From assembly GCA_900543825.1 (NCBI GenBank), contig UQSR01000001.1:7810-71809 (forward strand): a stretch of 64,000 nt of DNA. Reading direction: 5' to 3'. The notes under the pieces were generated by a model. The model did not search any database and had not been told where the DNA came from. It worked only from the letters and a program-made list of their open reading frames with translations. Source of the DNA: an uncultured Mycoplasmatota bacterium (GTDB lineage Bacteria; Bacillota_I; Bacilli_A; RF39; UBA660). Each line of letters starts with the position of its first letter. The stretch's first letter is position 1. Made by a program: the position numbers and the translations under genes. Shown here in pieces: positions 39,415 through 49,309 of this stretch.

Positions 39415-40047
39415 TTAGTTTTTATTTTTTCTTTTTATTATTTCTTTTAGAAAATAATTATATATTTTTTCGGTGTTATTCATGTCTTCTGGATGGAATT
39501 GCACTCCTAATATGAAGTTATTATTATCAATATATTCTATACTTTCAATTATGTTATCCTCTGATATAGATGTTATTTTGAATGGTTTATTTACTTTCTT
39601 TACTGCATATAAATGTCTTGTGTTTACTGAGTATGTATCTCCTAGTAATTTATTTATTGTACTGTTTTTTTCTGTTTTTATAAGATGTTCTTTATTTATG
39701 TTATAATGATTATTTATTTTTATTAAGTCTTTTTCAGTAGTACTATTTATACTATATAATCCTATTATTTGATGTCCCATACATATTCCTAATACTGGAA
39801 TATGTTTTTTTATGGCATATTCTAATATTTGGAAGTGATATGGGTATATTGTACTTCCTCCTTGAAAAATTATTCCATCACATAAATCTAATATCTCGGT
39901 GTTGATGTATGAATTGTTATAATTTAATATACCTATATAATTACATTTGTTATGGATATATTTTAAATTATTTTTAGTAATTGCTTCAAAAGATGTGTTA
40001 TTTATTTTTTCTTCCCTGGCTATTATACCGATAGTTATATTTTTCAT
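39415..40047 (-). CDS. Class I glutamine amidotransferase / peptidase C26 family hydrolase
   Basis: GICMGHQ catalytic Cys motif plus a distal His-Glu (FHPE). Confidence 0.7.
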   Translation of the reverse strand: MKNITIGIIAREEKINNTSFEAITKNNLKYIHNKCNYIGILNYNNSYINTEILDLCDGIIFQGGSTIYPYHFQILEYAIKKHIPVLGICMGHQIIGLYSINSTTEKDLIKINNHYNINKEHLIKTEKNSTINKLLGDTYSVNTRHLYAVKKVNKPFKITSISEDNIIESIEYIDNNNFILGVQFHPEDMNNTEKIYNYFLKEIIKRKNKN

Positions 40048-40289
40048 TAAATAAATTTATCTAAGTCATTTGGAACGTTATCATTCATAATGGTGTCAAT
40101 TATTTTTTGTTCTTTTTCCTTAGATACCTCTCTTCCTGTCATTTTTGCTAAGTCATTTATTACCTCTTTTAAAGTACTTTCATCTTTCATATTACCTTCT
40201 TGTAGTTTATTTGCAAGTGATAATATTGTTTCTTTATCGACGTTAGTCTTTTTTTCTACTCTTTTAAAAAAATTATCTGAAAAATTCAT
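40047..40289 (-). CDS. spoVIF: Stage VI sporulation protein F-like small protein
   Basis: MNFSDNFFKRVEKKTNVDKETILSLANKL...LAKMTGREV...P.DL pattern matches the SpoVIF (YjcC) family. Confidence 0.6.
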   Translation of the reverse strand: MNFSDNFFKRVEKKTNVDKETILSLANKLQEGNMKDESTLKEVINDLAKMTGREVSKEKEQKIIDTIMNDNVPNDLDKFI

Positions 40290-40337
40290 TAAAAAAACCT
40301 CCTAACATAATATATGTTAAAAGGTTAAATAGGTTAA

Positions 40338-41648
40338 TTAATCATTTTTATTTTTATATTCTAATATGATTGGTGTCCCTTCTAAATCAAAATTTTCTCG
40401 TAATTTGTTTTCTAAATATCTTTCATATGAAAAGTGTATTAGTTTGTTACTATTTACGAATAGTGTAAATTTAGGTGGGGTAGTACCAGTTTGTTGAGCA
40501 AAGGATATTTTTAATCTTTTTCCTTTATATGATGGAGGCGCTTTTAATAATACGGCATCTCTTATTACATCATTTAGGGTACTAGTCTTTATTTCTTTTT
40601 GTGAATTTATATATACTTTATCTATTTCTGGCATAATAGTAAATATTCTTTTCTTGGTTAGCGCTGATACGAATGTTATTGGGGCAAAAGATAAAAATTT
40701 GAATTCTGAACGTACTAATTTTGTAAATGTACTAATATCATTTTTATCATTTACTGTATCCCATTTATTTACTACTATTATGATTGGTTTTCCTTCTTCA
40801 AGTGCATAACTGGCAATGTGTTTGTCATGTTCTATTATTCCTTCTTCAGCGTTTATTACTAGTAGGCATACATCACTTCGTTCTATAGCTTTCATACTTC
40901 TTAATACGGAGTATTTTTCTATTCTTTCAAATATTTTGCCACTTTTTCTGATCCCTGCTGTATCTATGGCTACATATTTTTTTTGATTATATGTAAACTC
41001 GGTATCTATGGCATCTCTTGTTGTTCCAGCAATAGGGGATACGATTACTTTTTCTTCATTTAATAGTGCATTTACAAGACTACTTTTACCAACGTTTGGT
41101 CTTCCTATTAAACAGAATTTTATTCGATCGTCTTTTTCTTCTTCCATATTGTTTTCAGTAAAATTTTCTGTTATTTTATCTAATAAATCTGATAATCCTA
41201 GAGAATGTTCACCACTTATTGGTAACACGTCTTCAAAACCTAGTTCATAGTAGTTATATATATTTTCTTCTCTTTTTGGATTATCTAATTTATTTACCGC
41301 TACTAAAACTTTTTTTCCTGATTTCATTAATATATCTCTTATTATAAAGTCGTTTTGATTTAATTCTTCTAATCCATTTACTACAAAAACTATAATGTCT
41401 GCTTCTTCAATGGCTATGTTTGCTTGAATGATTATCTCATTATTGAAATCTTCTTCGGATACATCGATTCCACCAGTATCTATTAAATGAAATTTGTAGT
41501 TTTTGTAATTTACTGTACCGTATATTCTATCTCTTGTTACACCAGGAGTATCTTCAATTATAGCTATTTTTTTACCGACTAATTTGTTAAATATTGTTGA
41601 TTTACCAACATTTGGTCTTCCAACGATTGCTACTGTAGGTACTTTCAT
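40338..41648 (-). CDS. der: Ribosome biogenesis GTPase Der (EngA), two GTPase domains + KH
   Basis: Two G1 motifs (GRPNVGKST and GRPNVGKSS) and DTAG G3 motifs. Confidence 0.95.
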   Translation of the reverse strand: MKVPTVAIVGRPNVGKSTIFNKLVGKKIAIIEDTPGVTRDRIYGTVNYKNYKFHLIDTGGIDVSEEDFNNEIIIQANIAIEEADIIVFVVNGLEELNQNDFIIRDILMKSGKKVLVAVNKLDNPKREENIYNYYELGFEDVLPISGEHSLGLSDLLDKITENFTENNMEEEKDDRIKFCLIGRPNVGKSSLVNALLNEEKVIVSPIAGTTRDAIDTEFTYNQKKYVAIDTAGIRKSGKIFERIEKYSVLRSMKAIERSDVCLLVINAEEGIIEHDKHIASYALEEGKPIIIVVNKWDTVNDKNDISTFTKLVRSEFKFLSFAPITFVSALTKKRIFTIMPEIDKVYINSQKEIKTSTLNDVIRDAVLLKAPPSYKGKRLKISFAQQTGTTPPKFTLFVNSNKLIHFSYERYLENKLRENFDLEGTPIILEYKNKND

Positions 41649-41697
41649 GTAATATCACCTCTTTGTAAAGTATTATAACAGAAAATAAAAAAAAATA

Positions 41698-42168
41698 CTA
41701 TAGTTTTATTTTTAATCCATAATTTATTATGTTTAATGTATTTTGGTATGTTAGTTCTGATAGTTCTAAAAGATATAAATAATCTTTTTCTGAAATAGTA
41801 TTTTTTATTTGAAGATAGAAATTGTTTTTGTAATAATAAATGTTTTTATAGTCTATATTACATTCTTTTATAATGTTGTAATCTATTTTATATAATATTG
41901 GATAATCTGTATGAATTATTATTTTTACTTCTATTTCATTTTCTGTTTTTAATATTGTTTTTATATTTTTTAATATAATTAGAGTACCATATTTTTTTAT
42001 TGGGTAAAACTCTAAAATAATTAGTTTTTCTAATTTGTTTTGTTTTTTTATTTTATTTATTATTTTATTTGTTATTTCTTCTAAAACATTATGATTGTAT
42101 ATATCTATATTGTTTTTAATTATTTTTATTATATAATCATTAGTATTATTTATTTGGTTTATTATCAT
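41698..42168 (-). CDS. Hypothetical 156-aa I/K/N-rich protein
   Basis: ORF only. Confidence 0.4.
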   Translation of the reverse strand: MIINQINNTNDYIIKIIKNNIDIYNHNVLEEITNKIINKIKKQNKLEKLIILEFYPIKKYGTLIILKNIKTILKTENEIEVKIIIHTDYPILYKIDYNIIKECNIDYKNIYYYKNNFYLQIKNTISEKDYLYLLELSELTYQNTLNIINYGLKIKL

Positions 42169-42213
42169 AAATCACTTCCATTTTAGTTTATGATAATATG
42201 TTTAATAGGGTAA

Positions 42214-42798
42214 CTAACTTAAATGCTTTTCTATTTCTTCATATACTTCGTTTTTGCCTATTTTAGTTACTGATGAAAATAGAATTATATTTTTGTCATC
42301 AGGTAAGTTTAATTCTTTTTGAATAATATTTTTGTTTTTAGCATGGTTATTTTTAGATACTTTGTCTACTTTGGTACAAATGATTGTTACTGGTACATTG
42401 TAGTATTTTAAATAATCATACATCATTATATCGTCACTTGTCGGTTTATGTCTAAAGTCCACTAATAAAAATACCATTTTTAGATTTTCTCTTGATTTTA
42501 AGTAACTTTCCATGATTAATCCAAATTTCTTTTTTAATGAGTTTCTTACTTTAGCGAACCCATAACCTGGGGCATCTACTAAATAGAAGGAATCATTTAT
42601 TTTATAGAAATTTAATGTTTGGGTTTTTCCTGGCGTAGATGATGTTCTGGCATAGTTTTTTCTATTTATTATTGTATTTATAAAACTGCTTTTACCAACG
42701 TTGCTTCTACCTACTAATAGAAATTCTTCTTTATTGTCTGTTGGGTATTGGCTTTCACGTACTGCAGAGATTATTAATTCAATAGTATTTATTTTCAT
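42214..42798 (-). CDS. engB: Ribosome biogenesis GTP-binding protein EngB/YsxC
   Basis: GRSNVGKSSFIN, DAPGYGFAK, and a TKVDK G4 motif. Confidence 0.9.
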   Translation of the reverse strand: MKINTIELIISAVRESQYPTDNKEEFLLVGRSNVGKSSFINTIINRKNYARTSSTPGKTQTLNFYKINDSFYLVDAPGYGFAKVRNSLKKKFGLIMESYLKSRENLKMVFLLVDFRHKPTSDDIMMYDYLKYYNVPVTIICTKVDKVSKNNHAKNKNIIQKELNLPDDKNIILFSSVTKIGKNEVYEEIEKHLS

Positions 42799-42845
42799 TT
42801 TTGCTCACCAAAATAATTTTACCATAGTATATAAAAAAAAGCAAA

Positions 42846-44615
42846 TTATGGATTATTTGCTTTTTCGGTTTCATCTTTTTCATTATCTTTGGAAGTAGTT
42901 TCATCTTTATCAGTTCCCGATGTTTGGTTATCTTTTTCATCTTTATTTTTATCTATAGTTTCATCTTTTTTGTTGTCTTTGGAAGTAGTTTCATCTTTAT
43001 CAGTTCCTGATGTTTGATTATCTTTTTCTTCTACTTTTGTAGTGTTGTCTTTTTCTGTTTTTGTACTGTCTTCTTTTGTTTTATTATCATCTTTTTTAGT
43101 ACTTGTAGTTGTATCTTTCTTTGTTTCTTCTTTAGTAGTTTGAGGATTTATTTGGTTTGGATATTTAACATTTCCAACTGTGTTATTATATGATGACTCT
43201 AATGTTATACCATTGTTTACATCATCTATTAGTTTTTTTGCTTCTTTTATACTATCTTCATTTGGAATTGTTACATATAATTTTTGTGTGCTATATGAAT
43301 ATGTATAATCCATACTACCTGTTCCCGTTAGTGATGTGCTAGTTATATTCCATCCACCAGGGTTTTCTAATTCTTTTTGAATTAATTTAGTTATATCTGT
43401 TTCTGATAAACTTGTTTGGAATGAATCTTTTACACTACTTAATATTTTTGAATATTTATATATTAATTCTTTACTTGTTACTTTTCTTATAATGGCTTCT
43501 ATTACTGCTTCTTGGTTTTTACCACGATCATTATCGCCTTCTGGAAGACTTTTTCTTTCTCTAGAAAAAGCTAAAGCTTGTTTACCATTCATATGGTTGT
43601 AGCCTTTATAGAATTGGTAATTATCTATATATGATGTAAATGAATATTTGGAATAAACATCTACGCCATCTATACTATCTATTAGTTTTTCTAGTGTTGT
43701 AAAGTTAACTCGTAAATAATAGTTTATATCAATGTCTAGTAACTCTTCAATTGTACTAATAGACATATTTACTCCATAATTACCAGCATGTGTTAATTTA
43801 TCTTTATATCCAGTTGTTCCTGATAATTGAACATAGTAGTCTCTTGGTATTGATGTTAATAATATTTGTTTTGTTTTTGGATTTACTGTTACTAGTATAT
43901 TTACGTCACTTCTAGATACTGTAGCTATATCACCATATACGTCAATACCACTTATATAGATTGTAAATGGGTCTTTAGTTACATCAACGGTTTTATTTTT
44001 TTCTGTTATGACACTTCTTATTGTTATTTTGTATAATATTTGGTATTGACTTACATCTTCTTCTTCGGATTTTATATTATAATAATTTTCTTCTATTAAA
44101 ATGGATGATAGTGTTTTTTTATCTAAGTCATTAAATAATTTAGTATAATCTGTGTATTCTTTTTTTTCTGTTTTTACTTTTTTATCTAATTTTTCGATTG
44201 CTTTGTTTATGTTTGTTAAGTCATTTTTTATATATCCTAAATCTTTATTTTCGATATCTTTTATATCTTTATAATTGTTTTCTTTTAATGTTAAAACTAA
44301 ATATGTTTCTTCGCTATAATGAATTTTGGAAAAACTATTAAAGAAATTTAATGTTATTCCTAAATAGTAGGTTATTATAAGATATATTATTATAAATAGG
44401 GCAGAAAAGATGTAACCAATCTTTTTATTCTTTTTAATTAATATTAAGTTTATTGTATATAGTAATATAACTAATACTAATGATATGATAAAATATAGTG
44501 TTGGTAATATATTACATAGTTTTAGAAACACTAAAAATGTTAATGTTATTATGGTAAATATTATTAAATATATATTTTTAAATTTATTGTTATTTTTTCT
44601 TTCTCTTTTTTTCAT
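42846..44615 (-). CDS. LytR-CpsA-Psr (LCP) family cell-envelope phosphotransferase with repetitive K/D/E/T-rich C-terminal tail
   Basis: N-terminal TM helices, an LCP core (...ILLTSIPRDYYVQL...INYYLRVNF...), and a C-terminal low-complexity tail with a tandem ~78-bp DNA repeat. Start moved to MKKRERK (ORF begins at 44642). Confidence 0.8.
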   Translation of the reverse strand: MKKRERKNNNKFKNIYLIIFTIITLTFLVFLKLCNILPTLYFIISLVLVILLYTINLILIKKNKKIGYIFSALFIIIYLIITYYLGITLNFFNSFSKIHYSEETYLVLTLKENNYKDIKDIENKDLGYIKNDLTNINKAIEKLDKKVKTEKKEYTDYTKLFNDLDKKTLSSILIEENYYNIKSEEEDVSQYQILYKITIRSVITEKNKTVDVTKDPFTIYISGIDVYGDIATVSRSDVNILVTVNPKTKQILLTSIPRDYYVQLSGTTGYKDKLTHAGNYGVNMSISTIEELLDIDINYYLRVNFTTLEKLIDSIDGVDVYSKYSFTSYIDNYQFYKGYNHMNGKQALAFSRERKSLPEGDNDRGKNQEAVIEAIIRKVTSKELIYKYSKILSSVKDSFQTSLSETDITKLIQKELENPGGWNITSTSLTGTGSMDYTYSYSTQKLYVTIPNEDSIKEAKKLIDDVNNGITLESSYNNTVGNVKYPNQINPQTTKEETKKDTTTSTKKDDNKTKEDSTKTEKDNTTKVEEKDNQTSGTDKDETTSKDNKKDETIDKNKDEKDNQTSGTDKDETTSKDNEKDETEKANNP

Positions 44616-44684
44616 TATACTCCTCCAAAATAATAATAACACATTTATATTTAGATAGTAAATATAAATATTATTGATTTGATT

Positions 44685-45224
44685 TTATTTGACATTATAT
44701 TTACGATAGAGTTTTTTACTTTTCGTTTTTAATTTTTCAAAGTCATTATTGACATTATAATATTTTAGTAGTTCAGATTGTATGTCTAAGGCTATTTTGT
44801 ATCTATAATCTTCTTTGTTTTTACTTTCAAGTATCTTTGTATCTAAATATTGTATGTATCTTTCTAGTGTAGGACTAGGATTTTCTTTTAAATATATTTT
44901 TTCCATTAACATTGGTAATATTTCACAATCATCTTTTAATGTATATTTTTTATTAAGATTATTGTAGGCTAGTAATCCATGAGTGTACTCATGAATATTT
45001 GTAACGATTGTTATTTCATCTTTGATAAATGGAACATATAATATTATTTTATTTAACCTTTGACGTTTATCAAATGTATAGTATGTTCCTACTAATGGTC
45101 TTTGATCTGTATCTAGATAGTCGAACATTATAGAGTTTTCTCTTAAATATGTAAAGATTTCTTCATCATATAGTTTGTGTTCTTTGAAAAAATTTATAAA
45201 TTTTATATATGAATTATTTGGCAT
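44685..45224 (-). CDS. Hypothetical protein with HExxH (IHEYTHG) motif, putative small zinc hydrolase
   Basis: The only recognisable feature is the HEYTH zinc-binding-like motif. Confidence 0.4.
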   Translation of the reverse strand: MPNNSYIKFINFFKEHKLYDEEIFTYLRENSIMFDYLDTDQRPLVGTYYTFDKRQRLNKIILYVPFIKDEITIVTNIHEYTHGLLAYNNLNKKYTLKDDCEILPMLMEKIYLKENPSPTLERYIQYLDTKILESKNKEDYRYKIALDIQSELLKYYNVNNDFEKLKTKSKKLYRKYNVK

Positions 45225-45276
45225 AGTACCTCCTTTAAAGTTATTTTACCATAAAAAAAGAAAAAATGATAGCAGC

Positions 45277-45957
45277 CTAACGATCTCTATCATTAAATAT
45301 TAGGGCGTATCTTAGTATTTCAAGTAATGTACTAAGTACACTAGCTACGTATGTAAATGCCGCTGCGATGAGCATATTTTTAGCAGAGCTCTTTTCTTCT
45401 TCATCTATGAGATTAAGTCTTTCTAATTCTTTTATTGCTCTATGCGAAGCATTGAATTCTACGGGTAGTGTTATTAATTGAAATACTAGCATACTTAATA
45501 GTAATACGATTCCTACTTCTATTAGTGTATATGAGAATATTATTCCTATTACGATGGCTAAATATCCTATTCTTGTACATATATTAACAAATGGTACTAG
45601 GGCACTTCTTATACGCATAGGTGTATATTTCGTCTTATCTTGAATAGCATGTCCACATTCATGTGCTGCTACGGCGGCACCGGCAATACTTGAACCATGA
45701 TATATATCTGTAGATAATTTTATTACTTTCCTTTGTGGATCATAATGATCTGTTAGATTTCCTCTTGTTTCAAGAATCATAATATTATCTAAATTGTTGC
45801 TATCTAGAATTTTTCTAGCCACATCATATCCTGACAAATCTTTATTGTTTAATATTTTTTTGTATTTGCTGTAAGCTAGTGATATGAATATTTGCGACAA
45901 TGTAGTTATTAATATTGATATGAATATTATTAAATAATTTAATGTTATATCTTCCAT
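45277..45957 (-). CDS. Membrane zinc metallopeptidase (Zn_peptidase_2 / YpmP-like family)
   Basis: AHECGHAIQ HExxH motif between N- and C-terminal TM helices. Family size ~225 aa. Confidence 0.65.
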   Translation of the reverse strand: MEDITLNYLIIFISILITTLSQIFISLAYSKYKKILNNKDLSGYDVARKILDSNNLDNIMILETRGNLTDHYDPQRKVIKLSTDIYHGSSIAGAAVAAHECGHAIQDKTKYTPMRIRSALVPFVNICTRIGYLAIVIGIIFSYTLIEVGIVLLLSMLVFQLITLPVEFNASHRAIKELERLNLIDEEEKSSAKNMLIAAAFTYVASVLSTLLEILRYALIFNDRDR

Positions 45958-46020
45958 TTTTCTCTCCTTTGCGCTTTAATTATACATTTTAATTATGGTA
46001 AAAATATGTAATTTATATAT

Positions 46021-46698
46021 TTATTTGAAAATATTAAATGGATATCTATTTGGTATATCTAGTGAAAATGTTAGTTTTTCTTTGGTAGTGGGATGGATAA
46101 AACTTATACTTTTGGCAAATAGTGCTATATTTATATTATTAGGATTTTTTCCATATTTTGAATCTCCTAATAACGGGTGATTTCTACTAGAAAATTGTAC
46201 TCTTATTTGATGTGGACGACCTGTTATTAAATTTATTTCTATTAATGATAGGTTGTCTTTTGTTTTAAGTACTTTATATTCTAAAGCTGAGTATTTGCCT
46301 TTTTCTTTTGTTGTTACATTACTTATATTTGTTTTATTATTTTTAATTAAATAATCTTCTAATTTACCTTGATTTGGAAGTGTTCCTGTTATTACTGCTA
46401 TATAGGTTTTATGAAAGGTGTTTTCTCTTATTTGATTACTTAGTCTGGATGCTGCTTTGGATGTTTTTGTGAATACCATTATGCCTCCTACTGGTCTGTC
46501 TAATCTATGTACTAGGCCTATATATGCTTCGTTTGGTTTATTTTCTTTTATTTTGCGATAATTTTTTAAAATGGTAATCATATCTAGGTCTTTACTTGAA
46601 TCTTCTTGAACTGGAATGTTTACTGGTTTTTCTACTACTAAAAGATGGTTATCTTCGTATATTATATTAATTTTTGGTAATTTTTCCATAGATACCAC
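46021..46698 (-). CDS. RluA-family pseudouridine synthase
   Basis: HRLDRPVGGIMVF catalytic Asp motif. Confidence 0.85.
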   Translation of the reverse strand: MVSMEKLPKINIIYEDNHLLVVEKPVNIPVQEDSSKDLDMITILKNYRKIKENKPNEAYIGLVHRLDRPVGGIMVFTKTSKAASRLSNQIRENTFHKTYIAVITGTLPNQGKLEDYLIKNNKTNISNVTTKEKGKYSALEYKVLKTKDNLSLIEINLITGRPHQIRVQFSSRNHPLLGDSKYGKNPNNINIALFAKSISFIHPTTKEKLTFSLDIPNRYPFNIFK

Positions 46699-47533
46699 AT
46701 GGTAATATTAAATTATTTTCGGTTATTGGTAGACAGTTTTCACCAGTTTCTATTTTTTGATTAGGAAATTTTAATTTTAATATATTTTCTAATGATATAT
46801 GACTTATTCCGGTTGTGTAACTACTTATTAGTAGGAATGAATAATCTTTATCTAATACGTCTTTTACTTTATCTAATAGTTTTGTAAAATCGTTTTCGAA
46901 TTTCCAGACTTCTTTGTTTGGCCCTCTACCATAACTTGGTGGATCCATAATTATTCCTTGATAAGTATGTCCTCTTCTTTTTTCTCTTTCTAAGAATTTT
47001 ATTGCATCATCGGCAATAAATCTTATTGTTTTATCTTCTAAGTGGCATAATTTCATATTTTCTTTTGCCCATTCATTGATACTTTTTGATGCATCAACAT
47101 GTACTACTTCTGTAGCTCCAGCATTTGCTGCTGCCATAGTGGCACATCCAGTGTAAGCAAATAGATTTAGAATATGCATTTCTTCATGATCTTTTAAATA
47201 TTCTTTTACTTTGAAGTCTATATAATCCCAATTTGCCGCTTGTTCTGGAAAAATGCCTGTATGTTTGAAGTTGGTAGGGGATACTTTGAATGTTAAATTA
47301 TTATATCTTACTGTCCAGTACTCTGGTAACTTTTTTTTGTATTCCCAATAGCCGCCACCTTCATTGCTACGATGATAATATCCATCATAATTATTCCAAA
47401 CATCTTTTTTCTCCCATATTATTTGTGGATCTGGTCTATTAAGAATTATGTTTCCCCAGCGTTCTAATTTTTCTCCGTTACCGGTTTTTAAGCATTCATA
47501 GTCTATCCATTTATTACTTATATTCATTTTCAC
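46667..47533 (-). CDS. Class I SAM-dependent RNA methyltransferase (RlmI/RlmK C-terminal-domain-like)
   Basis: LNLFAYTGCATMAAANAGA (motif I) and IIMDPPSYG (motif IV, DPPxY/F). Confidence 0.7.
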   Translation of the reverse strand: MKMNISNKWIDYECLKTGNGEKLERWGNIILNRPDPQIIWEKKDVWNNYDGYYHRSNEGGGYWEYKKKLPEYWTVRYNNLTFKVSPTNFKHTGIFPEQAANWDYIDFKVKEYLKDHEEMHILNLFAYTGCATMAAANAGATEVVHVDASKSINEWAKENMKLCHLEDKTIRFIADDAIKFLEREKRRGHTYQGIIMDPPSYGRGPNKEVWKFENDFTKLLDKVKDVLDKDYSFLLISSYTTGISHISLENILKLKFPNQKIETGENCLPITENNLILPCGIYGKITKN

Positions 47534-47602
47534 ACCTCACATAGATTATATCATTTCTAAATTAAGAAGTAAATGAAAAAGAGGTTAATTCCTCTTTGAT
47601 GA

Positions 47603-47986
47603 TTATTTTATAATAATGTTTTGACTTTCTTTATGGGGAAGTTCTTCTTTGGGAAATGATATTGTTAGAATACCATTTTGATAATTGGCTTTTATATCAC
47701 TTTCTTTTTTTTCTCCTATATAAAAACTTCTTTTTACTTCTCCATATAATCTTTCTCTTCTAATATAGTTATCCGCTTTAAATTCGATATTTTTTATTGC
47801 TCTTATGGTTATATATCCATTTTCATAATTTATTGTTATTTCATCTTTGGTTAATCCTGGTAAATCTATTTCCATTATGTATTCTTTTTTTTCTTCACGA
47901 ATATCTGTTTTCATAAATTCTCTTTCTTTTAATATTGGGGAATCTATTAAAGTGAAATAATCATTTAAATAATATTTTGGTAACAT
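47603..47986 (-). CDS. Hsp20/alpha-crystallin small heat-shock protein
   Basis: Alpha-crystallin domain (...YIMEIDLPGLTKDEITI...GILTISFPK). Confidence 0.85.
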   Translation of the reverse strand: MLPKYYLNDYFTLIDSPILKEREFMKTDIREEKKEYIMEIDLPGLTKDEITINYENGYITIRAIKNIEFKADNYIRRERLYGEVKRSFYIGEKKESDIKANYQNGILTISFPKEELPHKESQNIIIK

Positions 47987-48038
47987 AATATAATCATTCC
48001 TTTCTATTATATTATGTTTATATGAATATTATTTTATA

Positions 48039-48395
48039 CTAATTTTCTATAATTAAATTACTATTACCTAATGGTAAATATAATGCTGCTCCTATTAATA
48101 TAAAGAAGGTTGCTAATGTTAATAGTCCTTCCTGCTTTTTTTCTTCTTCTGTAGTGGCGTTTTGATAGGAATAGTATGCATTTAGGAAAAAGTAAATGGC
48201 TATAATAAGGTTTAATCTTCTATTATAATAATATATTTTATTAGCGGTAGTATTATTAATACTTTCTATGTTTAAGGCACTTTTTTTCTTTTCGTTAATT
48301 AGATAGAATGATACTCCTGCTTTAATAGCGGCTAAAAAGAAAAAAATGATATCAATATTTATTTCTTTTAATAGTTTTTCATTTGTATTTTTCAT
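48039..48395 (-). CDS. Small membrane protein (118 aa)
   Basis: 3 hydrophobic segments. ORF only. Confidence 0.4.
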   Translation of the reverse strand: MKNTNEKLLKEINIDIIFFFLAAIKAGVSFYLINEKKKSALNIESINNTTANKIYYYNRRLNLIIAIYFFLNAYYSYQNATTEEEKKQEGLLTLATFFILIGAALYLPLGNSNLIIEN

Positions 48396-48440
48396 ATTAA
48401 ATTATATAAAAAAAGAATGATAAATATCATTAATATCATT

Positions 48441-48779
48441 CTATTTTGTTTTTGTGTTAACTTTTACATATTCTTCTTTCATGACAGTTATTATTCTTAC
48501 TATGAAGTCTAAATCTTTTTCGTGTAAATATTTGCAATTGTTAACAATATATTTTACTTTTTCTGAAATATCTTGATTATCGTTATTTATGTCTAGTAGT
48601 GAGTTTAAATCAATATTGAATATTATTGCTATTTGTTTAAGTATTCCAGCGGTTGGTTCAGATTTTCCTGTTTCTACTCTAGATAGATAATTTCTGTTTA
48701 TTTTTAACATTGCTGCTAGTTCTTCTTGTGAAACACCTTTACTTTTTCTAAGTGATTTTATTTTTTCGCCTAACTTCAT
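48441..48779 (-). CDS. XRE-family HTH transcriptional regulator
   Basis: MKLGEKIKSLRKSKGVSQEELAAMLKINRNYLSRVETGKSEP. Start set at MKL after a GGAGGT RBS. Confidence 0.75.
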   Translation of the reverse strand: MKLGEKIKSLRKSKGVSQEELAAMLKINRNYLSRVETGKSEPTAGILKQIAIIFNIDLNSLLDINNDNQDISEKVKYIVNNCKYLHEKDLDFIVRIITVMKEEYVKVNTKTK

Positions 48780-49012
48780 TATTACCTCCAACAATTATTT
48801 TTATTATAATAAATTATTTTATATTTGAAATATGATGATAATATTATTACCAAAATTGATTTAATTATTATCTAATATTGGCTTTTTTGCTGATAAAAAT
48901 ATATTTTTCTGGTATTTTTGTTAGTTACTATTTATTGAATATAAATTAATTATATTACTTGTTTTTCTTTTATAAAATTGCTATAATATTAATGATTTAG
49001 AAGGAGGTCTTT

Positions 49013-49309
49013 ATGATTACAAGAGATAATTTAGAACTTTATGCTAAAAAGCTTATGTTTGAAATGAATGATGATGAGTATAAGACTTTGGAAAATGAGT
49101 TTGATGTTATATTGAAACAAATGGATTTGATTGGTAAAATAGAGGACATTGATGATGTTAGTCCAATGACTTTTCCTTTTGATTTAGAGCTTGATGACAG
49201 TTATTTAAGAGATGATTCTTATGATAATGAAATTTGTTTTGATGATATGAAAATTAATGTTAAAGAATATGAGGGTAACAGGGTTAAGGTTCCTAAGGTG
49301 GTGGAATAA
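49013..49309 (+). CDS. gatC: Asp/Glu-tRNA amidotransferase subunit C
   Basis: RBS GAAGGAGG. 98 aa, directly preceding gatA. Confidence 0.85.
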   Translation: MITRDNLELYAKKLMFEMNDDEYKTLENEFDVILKQMDLIGKIEDIDDVSPMTFPFDLELDDSYLRDDSYDNEICFDDMKINVKEYEGNRVKVPKVVE

